From the NCBI GenBank assembly GCA_001643675.2, contig LSRY02000006.1:1798001-1862000 (forward strand): a DNA stretch of 64,000 nt, read 5' to 3'. Within the stretch, counting starts at the first letter, position 1, and the number at the start of each line of letters is the position of its first letter. A model generated the notes under the pieces. That model ran no database searches. It saw only the letters and a list, made by a program, of their open reading frames with translations, and was not told the DNA's origin. A program made the position numbers and the translations under genes. Below are positions 32,901-46,700 of the stretch, piece by piece. Origin of the DNA: Monocercomonoides exilis PA203. Its lineage: Eukaryota > Protista > Preaxostyla.

Positions 32901-35900
32901 CTTTTGAAGCAAATGGATGGCTGAAGCTGAAGTTGCAGCTGAACTGCGATGAAGAGGCAGAGTTTGAGGTCAAGACAGACAGCGCAGTGCTTGTTGGCAG
33001 CTGTTCAGAGGAAGCTTGATTGTTATCCACAATTTTTGGGAGAGAGCCATCGAGTGCCAGTGCCTTTAGAAGATAATAAGCCAGCGATGTCTGTTTGAGT
33101 GCAAAGAGAGTGCGGAAGATGTCAAACGGAAGCGAAGACGGAGGAAAGAGGGAGACAGCTCTGTCGAGGCTCTGAAGCAGCACTGGATATGACAAGTAGC
33201 CAGGCACAAGTCCGATCAGCCCAGCGATCAGAGGGACAAACAGAGAGAATGACATCGCATGGACAGATGGTGCTGGGATCTCAAACAGTGGATGGGGAGA
33301 TGGATTGGATGTGAATATCACTCTGTCAGGAAGGATCGCATACAACGCTGAAATACAACATCAAATAGAATTTCAATTAAAAAGAAGAAGAAAAAAAAAT
33401 TGATTTTGAAATAATAGGAAAAAAGTGATAAATTGATCATACTTGACCGAGGCTTTGGTAGCGGAAGGCAGAAAGCTGGCTGTATCTTGCTATTCGCAGT
33501 GGCGTAATAGAGTTGTGTGAGAGTTGTGTAGAAGAGTGTTCCGCCGATCCACAAGGCCGATGTGAAGAACGGGGCGGATGGATGAAGCGTCTGAATGTGG
33601 TGTGAATGGGCAGAGCGCTCGATCTGATGGAGCACATTCAGACACTCATCCACAATCAGAATGCGAAGAGTCGTCACAACAGCACCCAAGTGCCGTGCGG
33701 GAGAAGAATGCGAAATTGAGACTGGGACAAAGGATTCTGGGTGCGAATGCTCTGATGTCTGCTTCTGTGCAAACGTCACACTCTTTTTGGCTCCTTTTGA
33801 TTTTGGCTCATCTCCATTGGGAAGAGCTACTGAATGAGCATGCTTTTGTGACTGATCGACAGAAGTAGTTTGATCGAGCTGTTGTTGCTGTGATTGCGTT
33901 TGTGATTGTGGTGTCGAGAAAGCAGAGAGTGTGCTGAAAGCAGAGGAAGAGAAGAACGAATTAGCAGATTTTGGATCTGGCGTTGTCTGCGTTGTCGACG
34001 GATTCTGAGTGAAGAAGAACCCTGTTTGATTCGCACCTGCAGAAAACGGTGCATTTTGTGCTGGCTGTGAAGAAGAAGAAGAGAAAGTGAAGGCAGCAGG
34101 AGACGCACTGCCTGATATTGCCTGTTGGCCAGGTGAAGCATTTGAGCTCTGAGGAAGCGATGCAGAAGAGAAGAAGCTGGAAGCAGTGGTAGTTGCCAAT
34201 GGTGGTGTTGAAGAGACTGAGGGCGATGGGAAGGGAGAAGGCGAGCGAAACGGAGAAGTCGGATAGGAAGGAGAAGGAGAAGGAGAAGGCGATGGAGATG
34301 GTGAAACAGAAAAGGAAGGCATTGGAGATTGTGCTGGATACAAGAAGAAAGCAGGAGACTGGGAAGGGGTTGTGGCATCTGAATCTTCAGAAGCGAATGT
34401 CGAAGGTGTGACAACCTGTGGCGGAGGGGATGGGCAGAGCGAAAAGACGTTGCTGCTCCAATCCATCGGAGACGGTGCAGTTTCATCAGCAGCGCCGACA
34501 CTCGATGCAGAAGACGGAGCGAAGGGACCAGGTGATCGCACATTCGGCGGGACAGCCGTTGGTCTGACAGCGATGAGGGCGTGTGGGGTGCGCGGGGAAA
34601 GAGAAGGAGAAGAATGAGGCTGAGGAGAAGTGGAGGGCATTGGAGACATCCTTCCTCCTGAATGCTCTGCCTGTGATGACGATGAGCCAGATGCAGCTGA
34701 TGGCGATAGGCGCTGAGGCGAAAGAGAAGGCGACAAGGTTCTTCTGTGTTTTTTCGACTGTGGTGTTTTTGGTTCCTTGAAGGATTCTCCTTTGTTCTTC
34801 ATCTTCACAGCACGGGAGCCAGATTCGAACCAGGAAATCGACGGGTCAAAGGGAATGGAGGTCCACTCGATGAACAGCGGAATTTCGTCGCGCTCCAAAT
34901 AGATTATTCCGTCATTCAGCTCTTCGTTGGCTGCTGCTGTGCTTGAAGAGGAGGAAAAGCCATCTCGACTCTCCGCATTGCGATATCCCTGCAGCATCGG
35001 AGAACTGAAAAGAAGAATATAACGTACAAATAAATTACAATAATATTAAAAAACAATTGTTTCGAAAAAATTTGAATCAAAAGAATAGAATTATTATGTA
35101 AAAAAGCAACTGAACACAATTCCACTCAATGCATTTCATGCATACTTAGTCTTCTCATTCCTCAGCGAAGCGCCGACACCAGCGCCGTTGAATCCCGATG
35201 CAGCGAGCGAAGGTGTCTTGATCTGCTTCTCTCTTTCCTGTGCGAAGTCTCCGTTGGGGGGCAGAAAGTCTTCGGCGTTTTTGAAGACAACCGAGCTCAT
35301 CGGAATGCGGCTCATGCACTCTGCCTCGCGCTGCTGCTGCGCATCGTCAAACTTGTCGCCTTCTTCTTTGTCTTTCTTGTCTGCTTTCTTGTTCTTTTTC
35401 CCTTTGCCCTCGCCGTCGTCTTTGTCTTTCCCTTTGTTCTTTTCTTTATCCTTTTCTTTATCCTTATCCTTATCCTTCTTGTCTTTGTGTTGCTTCTTGT
35501 GCTTCTTCTTCCCCAGCCACTTTCTTGCACCGCGTGAGAGCACAAGTCTGTTCCCATTCATCAGCTGATAATACACCACACACGAGCGGCACGCCATTGG
35601 TGTTGCAAACACTCTGTCTGCAGGCAGCGACAGCTGCTCTGTCCAAAGCGGAGGAGTGTTGCCCAGTTGAGAGGAAGAGGAGGATGCAGATGATGATGAA
35701 GATGATGAGGAAGAGGAGGAAGAAGAGCCGGCTGAACGCAATCCAGCTCCTTTTTTCCCTTTGTCCTTCTCTTTCGGGTCAGCCGAAGGGATTTTCTGCT
35801 TTGCCAGTTGGAAGTCCTTCGCAGATAAAGCGAGGAGAGACACAGCATCTCCATCCTTTGACAGCACCAGAATCGACGAGTCGTGTGCAGGCCCCACAAA

Positions 35901-38330
35901 AACTGCGTCGCGGCACTTCTTTGGCGGGATCAGCACCGTCGACTTTGAGTTGGCAAAGATCTCTTCGTCGCCTATTTCCAGCGAGTCGTCCCCGCCCAGC
36001 TCGCTTCCAGTGCTCGGAGCAACAACCGCAAAGAACTGGTTCGTCTCCCAGCTGAACACATTCTGCGTGCCCACTGACTCCATCACCACCAGCACACCCG
36101 CATGGAACGGCGAGCTGCTCATCCGCAGTGGGCGCAGGCGCTGCGGGTTCTCAGACGAAGGCGACTGTGCAGCTGAGGAGAAGCTGGCGTGCGATGAGGG
36201 AGAAGAAGAAGACGACGACGACGAAGAAGACGGAAAGCCCTGTGAACTTGCAGTTGGCTGGCGTTTCTGCGGGGTCGTTGGCGGGGCAGGGGCAGGCTTT
36301 TGGGCAGCGCCAGAAGGAGAAAGCGCCCTGCTGCCGAACTTCGACTGCTTCGGCGCAGCAAGCGCAGTGCTCGCGTCCTTCGGGTGGACAGACACCAGCG
36401 GAGCGAGCGTGTCTGTGCCAACGACGCCGAAGGAGCGGAGGACTAAGCGGCCGAACATCCCAGCAGCGGGGATAAACAGAAGGGAGGAGGGAAGTATGAA
36501 TGTTGGCAGCTTGCTGATTGTGCTCACAGGCGAAGAAGAAGAAGAAGAAGAAGAATTAGATGGGGACGCTCTTGACAACGCATTGCCAGATGTGCCTGTT
36601 TTTGCGTGTTTCTCTGTTTTGTCTGCTGATTGGATTGGGAAGTACTGCATTTCCTCTGCTTCTCCCAGCGAGCTTGCAGAATTTCCATCAGAAGAAGGCG
36701 CAGCAAGCATTTTCAGTCTACCCTGGGAAGGAAGCGCAGTTGGCGTCAGATAGAAATTGTGTGGAAGGCGAAGAGGCAAAGAAAGAGGCAGGGTGGATGC
36801 AGCGCTTGGGTGGCTGAGGGTGTAGATGGTGTTCATAGACTTTGTCGGGAGTAGGAGATAATTCGACAGTGGATGGAACACAACTGGCTCAAAGGGATAA
36901 ATACCTCCGCGTTCTCCGCGAGCCATCAAAGAAGAAGAAGAAGAAGACGATGATGAAGAAGACTCAGACTGCAGAGTCGGGCGATAGAAATCAGCTGGGA
37001 TTCTGAAGGGGATAAGGATGTCGCTCTTGATGATGCCGCGGTACTCCTCTTTTGGCACAGGCGGGGGAAGCAGCGCACCGTCGGTGTCTCGCAGGTCTGT
37101 CGGCGCAGAGTATCCCCAGTGCCTGCACGTTCCGTCATCCTCCACGGTGATCAGCGAGCAAGTCGATGAGGAAGGGCCGAATGTCACATAGGCAATCCCG
37201 TTCCCACCAGGCCTTTCGCTTCCGCCTGCCCCGCCTTCTCCTGAACCTGTTCCTGATCCGTGCGAATGGCTGTGCACAGGCGAAAGCTGCTTTCCGCCCC
37301 AAAATTGAGGGTTGGTTGGATCAGAGATGTTGAAGCATGACAAGTGCCCACGAGCATCTCCCACTGCAAGAAGATCGCTCACTCCGTGACGTCCAACATC
37401 AAATGCTCTAAAGGTCATTCCCTGATTTCCACTGATGGACGATTCTCGCTCCACTCCATTCGAAATTGCGCAAGTACGTAAGCACACTCTGCTTTTAATG
37501 TCAGAACTAGATGACCCGACATAATCGTCAAATGCATTTATCAACGAATATGCTTCTCCATCCCATAAACGGACCAGTCCGTCCAATGAAGTTGTTGCTA
37601 TTAATGATTTTGATGGATGGAAACACCCACTTGTAACCTCTTTTTCATGCTTTAGAGTGTTCTTAACAGGTTTTTGTTCGTATCCAACCCATTTTCCTTC
37701 TGGCATCATATCCACAACTATAAATTATAAAATTAGAACAAAGCAAACAAAGACAATAACGATAACAAAAGAATATGGAGTCAAACCTGTCAAACGATTT
37801 GAGCCAGCAAAACATATGAGAACTTTTGGAACATGAGGATCACATGTGATAAAAGAAACTTTAGGACGCTTTTCATCTTTATATATGCTACAAGAACTTA
37901 TGGTCTGAAAGCTTGTTCCCCATGATCCCAAGCATTCAAGTTTTCCTTCTTCATAATAAAGAACAAATGAATTGAACTTCGAACAAACAAAAATGTGCGA
38001 AGGAGCTGACGATATAAAATGTTGAGAAATAACTAATCCCGTAAGAATATCAAGTTCTGATTTCGAAAAAAAAAGCACAATTGATTACAGAAAATGTGAC
38101 TAAAAATTCAAATATCACAAAAATGCTCCAAACCAGCAAGAAAAGATTCGCTTGACACAAAAACCGTATTTTTATTCGAGTTAAATGATACGCATGACTT
38201 TGTTGTTGTTGCAGGGAGCGAATGATGCTCCACAACTTGCATATTTATAATGTGATGGGAAAGATCAATTACAGGAAATGTATTTCAGTTGATGAACATT
38301 TCACATATTGCACAATTTTCAGAGAATAGC
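29926..38330 (-). CDS. Multi-exon WD40/solenoid scaffold, TSET/TPLATE TTRAY2 (TWD40-2)-like
   Basis: Joined ORFs 37725-38078, 35136-37715, 33318-34997, 29926-33345. WD40 repeat HEKEVTSGCFHPSKSLIATTSLDGLVRLWD; motifs ELDILTG, RDAVFVGP, DRVFATP, SALWIGGTLFYTT, AILPDRVIFTSNP...FVPLIAG recalled from plant TWD40-2; 5' end approximate. Confidence 0.7.
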
Positions 38331-40797
38331 TTCCAACTTAAATAAGTAAATAAAAAAGTTCATTTGAAAATATGATAGAAATGAATTAATACAAAAAATG
38401 ATTATTTGTATAATTTACATTTTCTTTGCATTAAAAGTGTGTTTCTTTTTTATTCATCACAGCATGTGATGTTGTTTTAATATTTTTTTGTGATGAAAAG
38501 GCTTTTTGAGAAGCATTGATTGTTGAGATTTAGAGAAAATATGAAGAAGAAATTCAGTTGTCGCTTGATGGTGCTAGAAGGAAATGAAGACAGAGTTATT
38601 CATGGAATAGGATAAAAAGTTTATTATTACAGACAACGAAATGAATGAAATCAAAAAGAATAAAAGAAGAAGAATCATTTAATACTTCAACAACGATAAA
38701 AAAAACAAAAATGGAAATAAAGAATTAAAAAAACAGTTAATTTTGCTTTTTATTGTCAATCGCAATTTCTTTGTCTTGTATTTCTACTTTTTTAAATATC
38801 TTCGTTCAGTCGTCTTTTCACTAAATTTGAGTCAAAGTTCGAATCAGAAAATTTTTTCCCCATTCATTGACACATTCAGCGTTCAGTCTTTTCTTCTTTC
38901 AATTTTTTTGTAAGTTTAGACAATTGACATCACAAACTTACCATCATTTTCTTTATGTCTTTAACATTCGTTCTCCACATTTGCTGCAGCTTCAATAAAT
39001 AAAATAAAAAAAAATTGTGGCAATAATGCAATTATCAATTTTCATTTCCACAGAAAAGCAAACCATGCGTTCACAATTTGTGAGACAGATTTCGTCCTGA
39101 CTCATCTTGTTTTATGAATTTGAGATTTGGATCAAACAATAACAACATGCCTTGTGGTCTTTTCATCATCTTTTATAAAAAATTAACAAACAGTTCAGAA
39201 ATACTCTTCTCTGATAATTCCTTGCAAGCCAAATTTTCACTTTTTTTTAAAGAAAATGTAAAGCACTTCTAATGGAACTGCGTTAATCTTTGTACAATTG
39301 ATAGATGCAATTTGAAATGATTTCTGACATATGAAAATGAAAAAGAAGGCATTCATTTGTTTGGACAGTTCCTCTTTTAGGAAAATGAAGGAAGATTCTT
39401 TTCAGAATAATATTAGACGCTAATTCTTCTTCAACATTGAGTTTCTGTTTGATGATTAATTTACATAATTCGAAAGCACAACTGTTTTCCAATTGATTCA
39501 AGCTGATTCATATTCAATTGTGTGAATGAAATATTTGAAGCAAGGAGCAGACGTAAGATGCTATATATTGCTTGCCTCTTCAAAATCATCTTCAACAACA
39601 GGAACATCGTTATTCAACTTGACAGAAATATCTAATCAGTTGCACCTTATTGTTTCTTCAACAGTTCATTCTTCCATAAACTCTGCTTTTAAAGCCGACA
39701 ACCGCGTCGAATTAAAACTTTCATTTAATAATGGAAGGCAGCCACATAACTTCTTATTCTTATTTTATCCATGAAACATTCTTAATTTTAAACTTTTCAC
39801 AACATATTTATCAGTACATATTAAAAATGCATTTTTAATCATTTTGTTAATGTTTTTCTCCAGCACCAGCAGGAGCGGCAAGTGGAGCAAAGAAGAAGGA
39901 CAAGGCAGCGCCTTTGGTGGTGGAGGTGGGGAAATGGAAGGCTGTGGTGAAGCAGGAGGAAGTGAAGCCGCTGCCGAACTGGACAGTGCAGCTGAAGTGT
40001 GTGTCGCTGCGATCGTGGCAGCCGGTGGTGGGGTACTTCGAGAAGCATGGGTTTGTGCAGCTGGATCTGTGATTGCAGCACAAAAGAGGGGAAAAATGAA
40101 GGAGGAAAGGCAGCAGATGTCCTTTTGAGAGTTTGAGAGTTGTTGGCTGACGAAGGGGCATGACTGGCCATAATTGCTTCGAATATTCATGTTTCTGCAT
40201 TCATTCGTTGCTCTGTTGTTTCTCTCAGTACTTTTCTTTCTTTATTTATTTATTTAATTTTTTTTTTTATTCATCAATTATCAAACATAGTCATTATATA
40301 TGCAAAGAAAGCAGACAAGAAGGCATGGGAAAAAATAAAGTTCTTTGAAATCATTGTTTCATCAAAACTCTTTCGTTTTTTGTTTTGATTGTTCAGAATT
40401 GTGAAAAGATGCCAATGCTTTTATCGGAATGTTGTTGTGTACTATCTGTGGCCCAAACGAACAAATTCAATGCCTTTCTCCCCACATCTCCAAATTGTTG
40501 AAACTGTTTGAAATGACAACTCTCTTCAAAACAAAAAACAAAAAGTGAAATAAAAAGATAAAAAGAAAACAGAGGGAAAACAGAAGCTTTCCATCTTTAC
40601 CCATTGCAACACACCCAACAACCAAAAACAGGTGAAAGGCATCTGACTCTCTCAATGAAAGAGCCAATACCCCACAAAAACAAGCAAACAAAAAACATTC
40701 AAAGCTCAAATGCTTCTGTTTTCTTCTCTTCCCATCCAATCCCAAATGGTATCTTCACAAGCCCCACAAACACAAACACCAACCCCTCAAACACTTT

Positions 40798-43700
40798 TCA
40801 TCTCTCGCTCATCAAGCTCCAACTCCCATTCCCACTCCCATTGTTTGTTCCATTTGTGTCTTCCTCAACATCCACAGCATCCGACGCAGTCATGACTAAA
40901 CCTCCTGCCGGAAACCGCTGGATAAACTCTCGCTTCAGCCCAGCCAGAGTGGGCCGTTGTTCCGGAACTGCTGAAAGGCACTGGCCAACCACTGTGCTCA
41001 GACTTCCCGTGCTCTTCACATCCTTCCTCGGTCTCTCCCCATTCACAATCTTCTGCCCCGCCACCTCTGCCTCATACTCCCCAAACGGGATCTCCAGCGT
41101 CAAGCACTCCCACAGCATCATCCCAATCGAGAATGCCACCGACTCCTTCGTTGCTCCCATGTTTTTGTTGATCAACAATTCTGGCGCCTTCCACCTCAAG
41201 CACTCCTTCCTGTTGTCTTCACAATCCTCAAACGCTGATGAGGGAAGGGAGTCATCATCATCATCACTTGCAGATGTCACAACTGTTGTTGATGAGATCG
41301 ATGATGAAGTGTCTGAGTCTGATGAGCAGTCAGGGTGCATGGCTATGGTGATCACCATATGCTCCGAGAACAGAACAATGTGCGGACTCAGATTGTCCAG
41401 TGACTGAAGCGGAACTTCCATTTCGTTGAAAGAGTGGAGCGATCCATTTGCCACCCAGAACAGGATCTGGGCAGCTGTCTGCTCTCTTTGTTGAAGACTT
41501 CCAATCGCCATCTCTTTCTTCTCATTCCTCCCATGAAGCAGCATGAACAGCGAATCTCGCAGGTCCACAATCAGCTTCTCATGAGGTGATGAGCATGCCA
41601 TTGCATCCACCAGATTAGACATAGATGAAGTGGTTGGGCACATATCCTCCCCTCGAACAAATGTGGATTCTGTATCTGAAGTGTCTGTTGTTGAAGTGGA
41701 TGAGATAGAAGGTGAAGGAGATCTCTTTCTCACCTCTTCCTCTTCCTCCTTCTCATCAACCTTCTCCAGCATCCATTTGGGAATCTTGTCTGAGTCTTGG
41801 CCAAGAATGTATTCAGTGGAGCCACTCTCAGACAGAAGATGCTCTGATGACTCCGAGTGTCCCAAGCTTTTCTCATACACCCTCTTCTTGATCCTCTCTT
41901 CATTCTTCTTCTCTACCTCCTTCTCTCCTCTCCTCCACTGCTCCTCAGGCGACATCTCCATCGTCACCATCTCAATCAGCTTCGGATCCTTCTTCACTGT
42001 GTCTTCCACAATCACTTCCAATTCCTCTGCTCTTCTCTTTTGCTTTCTCCATCGAATAATAGATATGATCAATGCTATTAGAAGAATTGCCACAATTACA
42101 ACACACACAATCAACACCCATGTAAATTTTCCTTCTTTCCCACCTTCAACAATTCTATCTTCTCCATCAACCTTGGGCTCACTTTTATTTTTGACGATGA
42201 ACGACTCTGTCGATGAAGGAGACTCTGCATTTCCAAAGAGGATGCACACTTTCACTTCTGTCTGCGCTGATGCTCCCGAAACAACAGACAACGGAATCTT
42301 CCCCACAGCTTCATCCTCGCTCACATGCCCCGCCTCCTCAAATTCGAAACACTCAATTTGCTCAACATCTTCAACAACAACCACAACCCTGAACGACAGG
42401 TTGCACGGAATAAGGAGTGACCCCACAAATCTCACTCTCGCCTCTGACACATTTTCTGCTTCTGATGATTCTTCCACTCTCACCTCTCTCAGCGTGGGGA
42501 TGAAGAACGAAGAGCCTCTGTCTTCTGTGATCCCCTTCACATTGCACCCTTCGTTCAGCATCCACATCGAGCTCCTCGCCCCCATCCCGTCTCCGCCCTT
42601 CACACTCACCACGTCCACTTCTCCCATCCCGCTGCACAAAATGTTCCTCCGATACGACGGATACTTCTCCATCCCTGCCAATGGCCTGTTCCCCTCAAAC
42701 ACCCCCTTCTCCACAACAACACTCCCCCCAACCATTCCCATCCCTCCCTCTGCTCCATCCCTCACTGTCGTGTCTCTCACCACCCCCTTGCCCCCCACCA
42801 GCTCCACCAGCGATCCATTCCATCTGCACATCTCATCCCCCTGTGCATTTCCCAAACTCTCTTTGTCCTTTCCCCCTTTCCCCTCAAACAACGATCCCTC
42901 CACCACCATCTCCCCACTCCCTTCAACACTCATGATCTGCCCCTTCCTTCCAGGTGTTGTGTTGTTGCCAAACGAACAGTTTGCAACCACCATCTCCACA
43001 CCCTCCAATCTCGCCTCAACAGCACATGCCCCCTCTGTGCTTCGCCTGATGTTCCTCACCGAAGAGTGTGCCACTTTCACAGATCCTCCTTCCTTTATTC
43101 CCCTTCCCCTTCCCTCATCATCTTCACCATCATCGCCATCTCCAACACTCACAACAGAGCAGCCTCCACACACAACATCACAACACTCCATTTCTTTCAC
43201 TGTGACCTTTGCCCCTGTGCAGATCCACATCACCGACTCTCCCACATCCAGCTCCCTCGCCTCAAACCCAACAACTCCCACAACACTGCTCTCCTCAAAT
43301 CGCATCAGTGCCTTCCTCCCACATATCCCCTCCACCCGCGACTCCCTCATCTCAAACCTCCCCGACACCACCCTCACCAGCGTGTGCTCCACCACAATCC
43401 CCTCTCCCTCTGATGAAAACACTCCCCGCGAAATCGTGCAGCTCCCATTCAGCTCCACCACAACACACTCATGTGCCGACCGGAATCCTCCCCGAAACAC
43501 CATCCCCATGTTTTCCAGCCACACCTCCTCTGAGCATTCCACAACCCCCTCTGCCAACGGCTCCTGCTCCACCTCCTCCAGAAACACCACCTTCGCTCCT
43601 TCTGATCCATGCAGGCTCTTCACTGTCACCGAGCATATCTGGCAGTCCTTCCTCAGCCCTGCTTCTCTGTCAATCAGCACCTGGCTGTACGACGATGCCA

Positions 43701-46700
43701 GCACATGCGACAGCCCATAGTCCAGCGATCGGCATGGCAGTGTCGAGTTCCCACACGGCTTCGAGTCACTCCCTTCCCCATCTGCCCCGCACACAAAGAT
43801 CAGCTCGCTCCGATATACAACAATCAGCGGAATCAGATCCTCCTCCTTTTCCCCCTCTCCTCCCCAGATCGCATTCTCCCTGTCATATCGCGGCTCTCGC
43901 AGATCCAGCACAAACTGCCTCTCGCTGATCTGAGACTCAATTTCCCAGCACCGCACATACACATCTCTCCCCACAAGCGCCTTGTTCTTCCCAAACTCCA
44001 CATTCCCCAGCACAAACCCCAGCGCTTCCCTCTCTTCCACCGTGCTCCTCAGATACACCCCTCCTCCTTTCCCCTCCACTGCCTCGCACCCCTCCACCAC
44101 TGTGTCGTTCATCTCAAACCTCCCATCCACCGCAACTGCCACACACACCCCTCCCCCACAGCTCCTGCTCCCTCCCAAGCACAGCTCAATCGTCGAGTTC
44201 CCAATCCCCACAAACACCCCCTCCGACACTGACGATGACACCACACTCGCCTCATCCTTCCTGTTCCTCACATTCCTCACTCGGCATCCCTCCAGCTCCA
44301 TCCTCCTCCCATTCCCCTCCTTCCCACTCTCATCAAACACAAACAACGCACTTTCAGTCACAACATCACACACCTCGCACTTCACAATCCCCACATCTCC
44401 ATCCTCCCCAGCCATCAAGTGGAATCCCACCACACAATCCTTCTTCCCGCTGAACACACACTCCCTCACCTCCACCCACGCCCCTTCACCACACACACCT
44501 ATCAGCGCCCTCTGCCCATTCGCAAGCCTTCCAGGAAGTGAGAAATTCACTCTCAAAAACGATGCTCCCTCTGCCGCAAACACCATCCCCTTCTCCTTCT
44601 CCACCACTTCCTCCACTTCCATCACACTCATCTTATCCTCCCGATCCGACTCCACCCCAACCATCTTCAGAGTCGTTTCCCTCTCTGTCCAGCACATCTC
44701 TCCAACCACAATCCTCCTCATCCCCTCTCCCCTCACTCGCTCCACCCCATACTCAAACGTCGAGCACCGAAATATCTCCTTCCCACACCCAATGTTGTTC
44801 ACCCCCTCCTTCCCATCCACATATACCACCTCCCCATAATACCCAGTGATGAACACAAACAGATCTTCCCCATCTCCAAAGTGCACCCCATCCACTCCAA
44901 CAAGCGAATTCTTCCGCTCATCTTCTCCAATCTCCTTCGCAAACCCAAACGATGTCTCATTCACCACCTCTGTCAGATCAGCGCACTTCACAAACATGTC
45001 TCGCCCAACCCAGGCATCATTCCCTTCAAACTCCATCTCTTCAAACAACACTCCACTCCCTTCCCCTTGCAACTCAACACACACAAACCCTCCTTTTCCT
45101 CTCTCCACTGCCTCGCACACACATCCCTTCGCTTTTGTCTCCACTCCCACCACTTCAAGCATCCCTCCCTCCCCCAGCACCATCCCAATCGCGCCTCCCT
45201 CTGAGCTCAACTCCGACCTCACCCCTTCAAACAAACATCCATCAGCAACAACCACAACATTCAATCCCACCCTCGAAGACACAATGCATGCCTCATTTGT
45301 GCCTTCAAGCACAACCCCCCTGAATTGGGTGCCATTCATCTTCACAATAGTCCCAGCCGAATTTCCTCTCCCATTCTCATCACCTCCCTCTTCCGCTTTC
45401 AATCCAAACAGAGCATGCCCTTTCAGCTCCACATTCACAAACTCGTCTTCCAAAAGCCTTATTTCACTGCTCCCACAAAACTCAAACGGCTGCCTCTCAA
45501 ATCGCATGTCAGTGATCATGCACTTTTCCATCTCCATCATTCCTCCCCCAACCACAACCAGGGCATATGTCAGTCCACCTCCACCAACACACCCAAAGCT
45601 GCAATCTGCCAGCGTCAACTTCCCACCCTCTGATCCAGAGGATTCAATCGCACACCTCACAGGAACAGAAAAGGATGGTGGCATCCGAAACTCCATCCTC
45701 GAAAACCCTGCCTCTCCATTGTTCCACACAATGCTCTTGATTCCTTCTCCAATTGTCATTTCCCTGCTCAGTGTGATCTCCGATCTTCCTTCCTCCTTCA
45801 CTCCCTCAACTGTGAATCCTGACAGATCATACCAATCGCATATCCTTGCCTTGTCTCGGATCTTCAGCCCTTTCCTCTCTCCCCCTCTCTTCACATTCTC
45901 ATATCCTCTCCAGAACGATTCGCACGGATACACTCCATCCCCACACCCAACAACATCCACCCCATCCTCCGATATCTCAATCACTTCCGAATACCGCTGC
46001 TCAAGGAAATACCCCAGATCCACAGCATTCTCAGAAAACAGCCCACTGTCAGTCCCTGCCAGGTCAACACCCAAACCCTCAGCATTCTCAATCTCAAATA
46101 CCCGCTCACTCGAAACAGACACATTCAGGTCTCCGCACAGAACAAACACATCTCTTCCCCACCTCGCCTGGTTTCCTCCGACTGTCACATTCCCCACACT
46201 GAAGTTGTTCGTGCTGCTTTCATCCACCCCAATAAACACCCCTCCTCCCCTCCCGCCTGTCTCCTCCACCAAGCATCCCTTCACCTCTGAACTCTTGATC
46301 TGAAATGACCCTCTTCCTGCAATCTCAGCAAGCACTCCACCTCCTCTCCCCTCTGCACTCTCGCAACTGCATCCCTCCACTGTGCAGTTCTCAAACACAA
46401 CACTCCTCCCTTCACCCACCCTGCTCCCAACAACTGTCCCATGCCCCACTGCTCGGGTCACAGATGAGTATGTTGTGTTCACTGATTCAAATGTGCTCCC
46501 TGCCTCCACAAACGAGGCATCCCCCATCCCAAACCCGCTGACATCACACATCTTCAGTGTGATCCCTCCTCCAATGGCACACAGACGCGCCTTCGAGAAT
46601 GGCTCCAGCCCCTGACTGTCTTTTCCAGCAAGGATGCACCCGCTCAGCTCAAGCGAGCTCTCCCCATCACTCACAAGAAACAGGCATCCTACCCGGTTGT

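Noticed and set aside
38800-39780. Functional gene on the minus strand
   Set aside because: Only short fragments with many stops; possibly a decayed gene, but no family could be supported.
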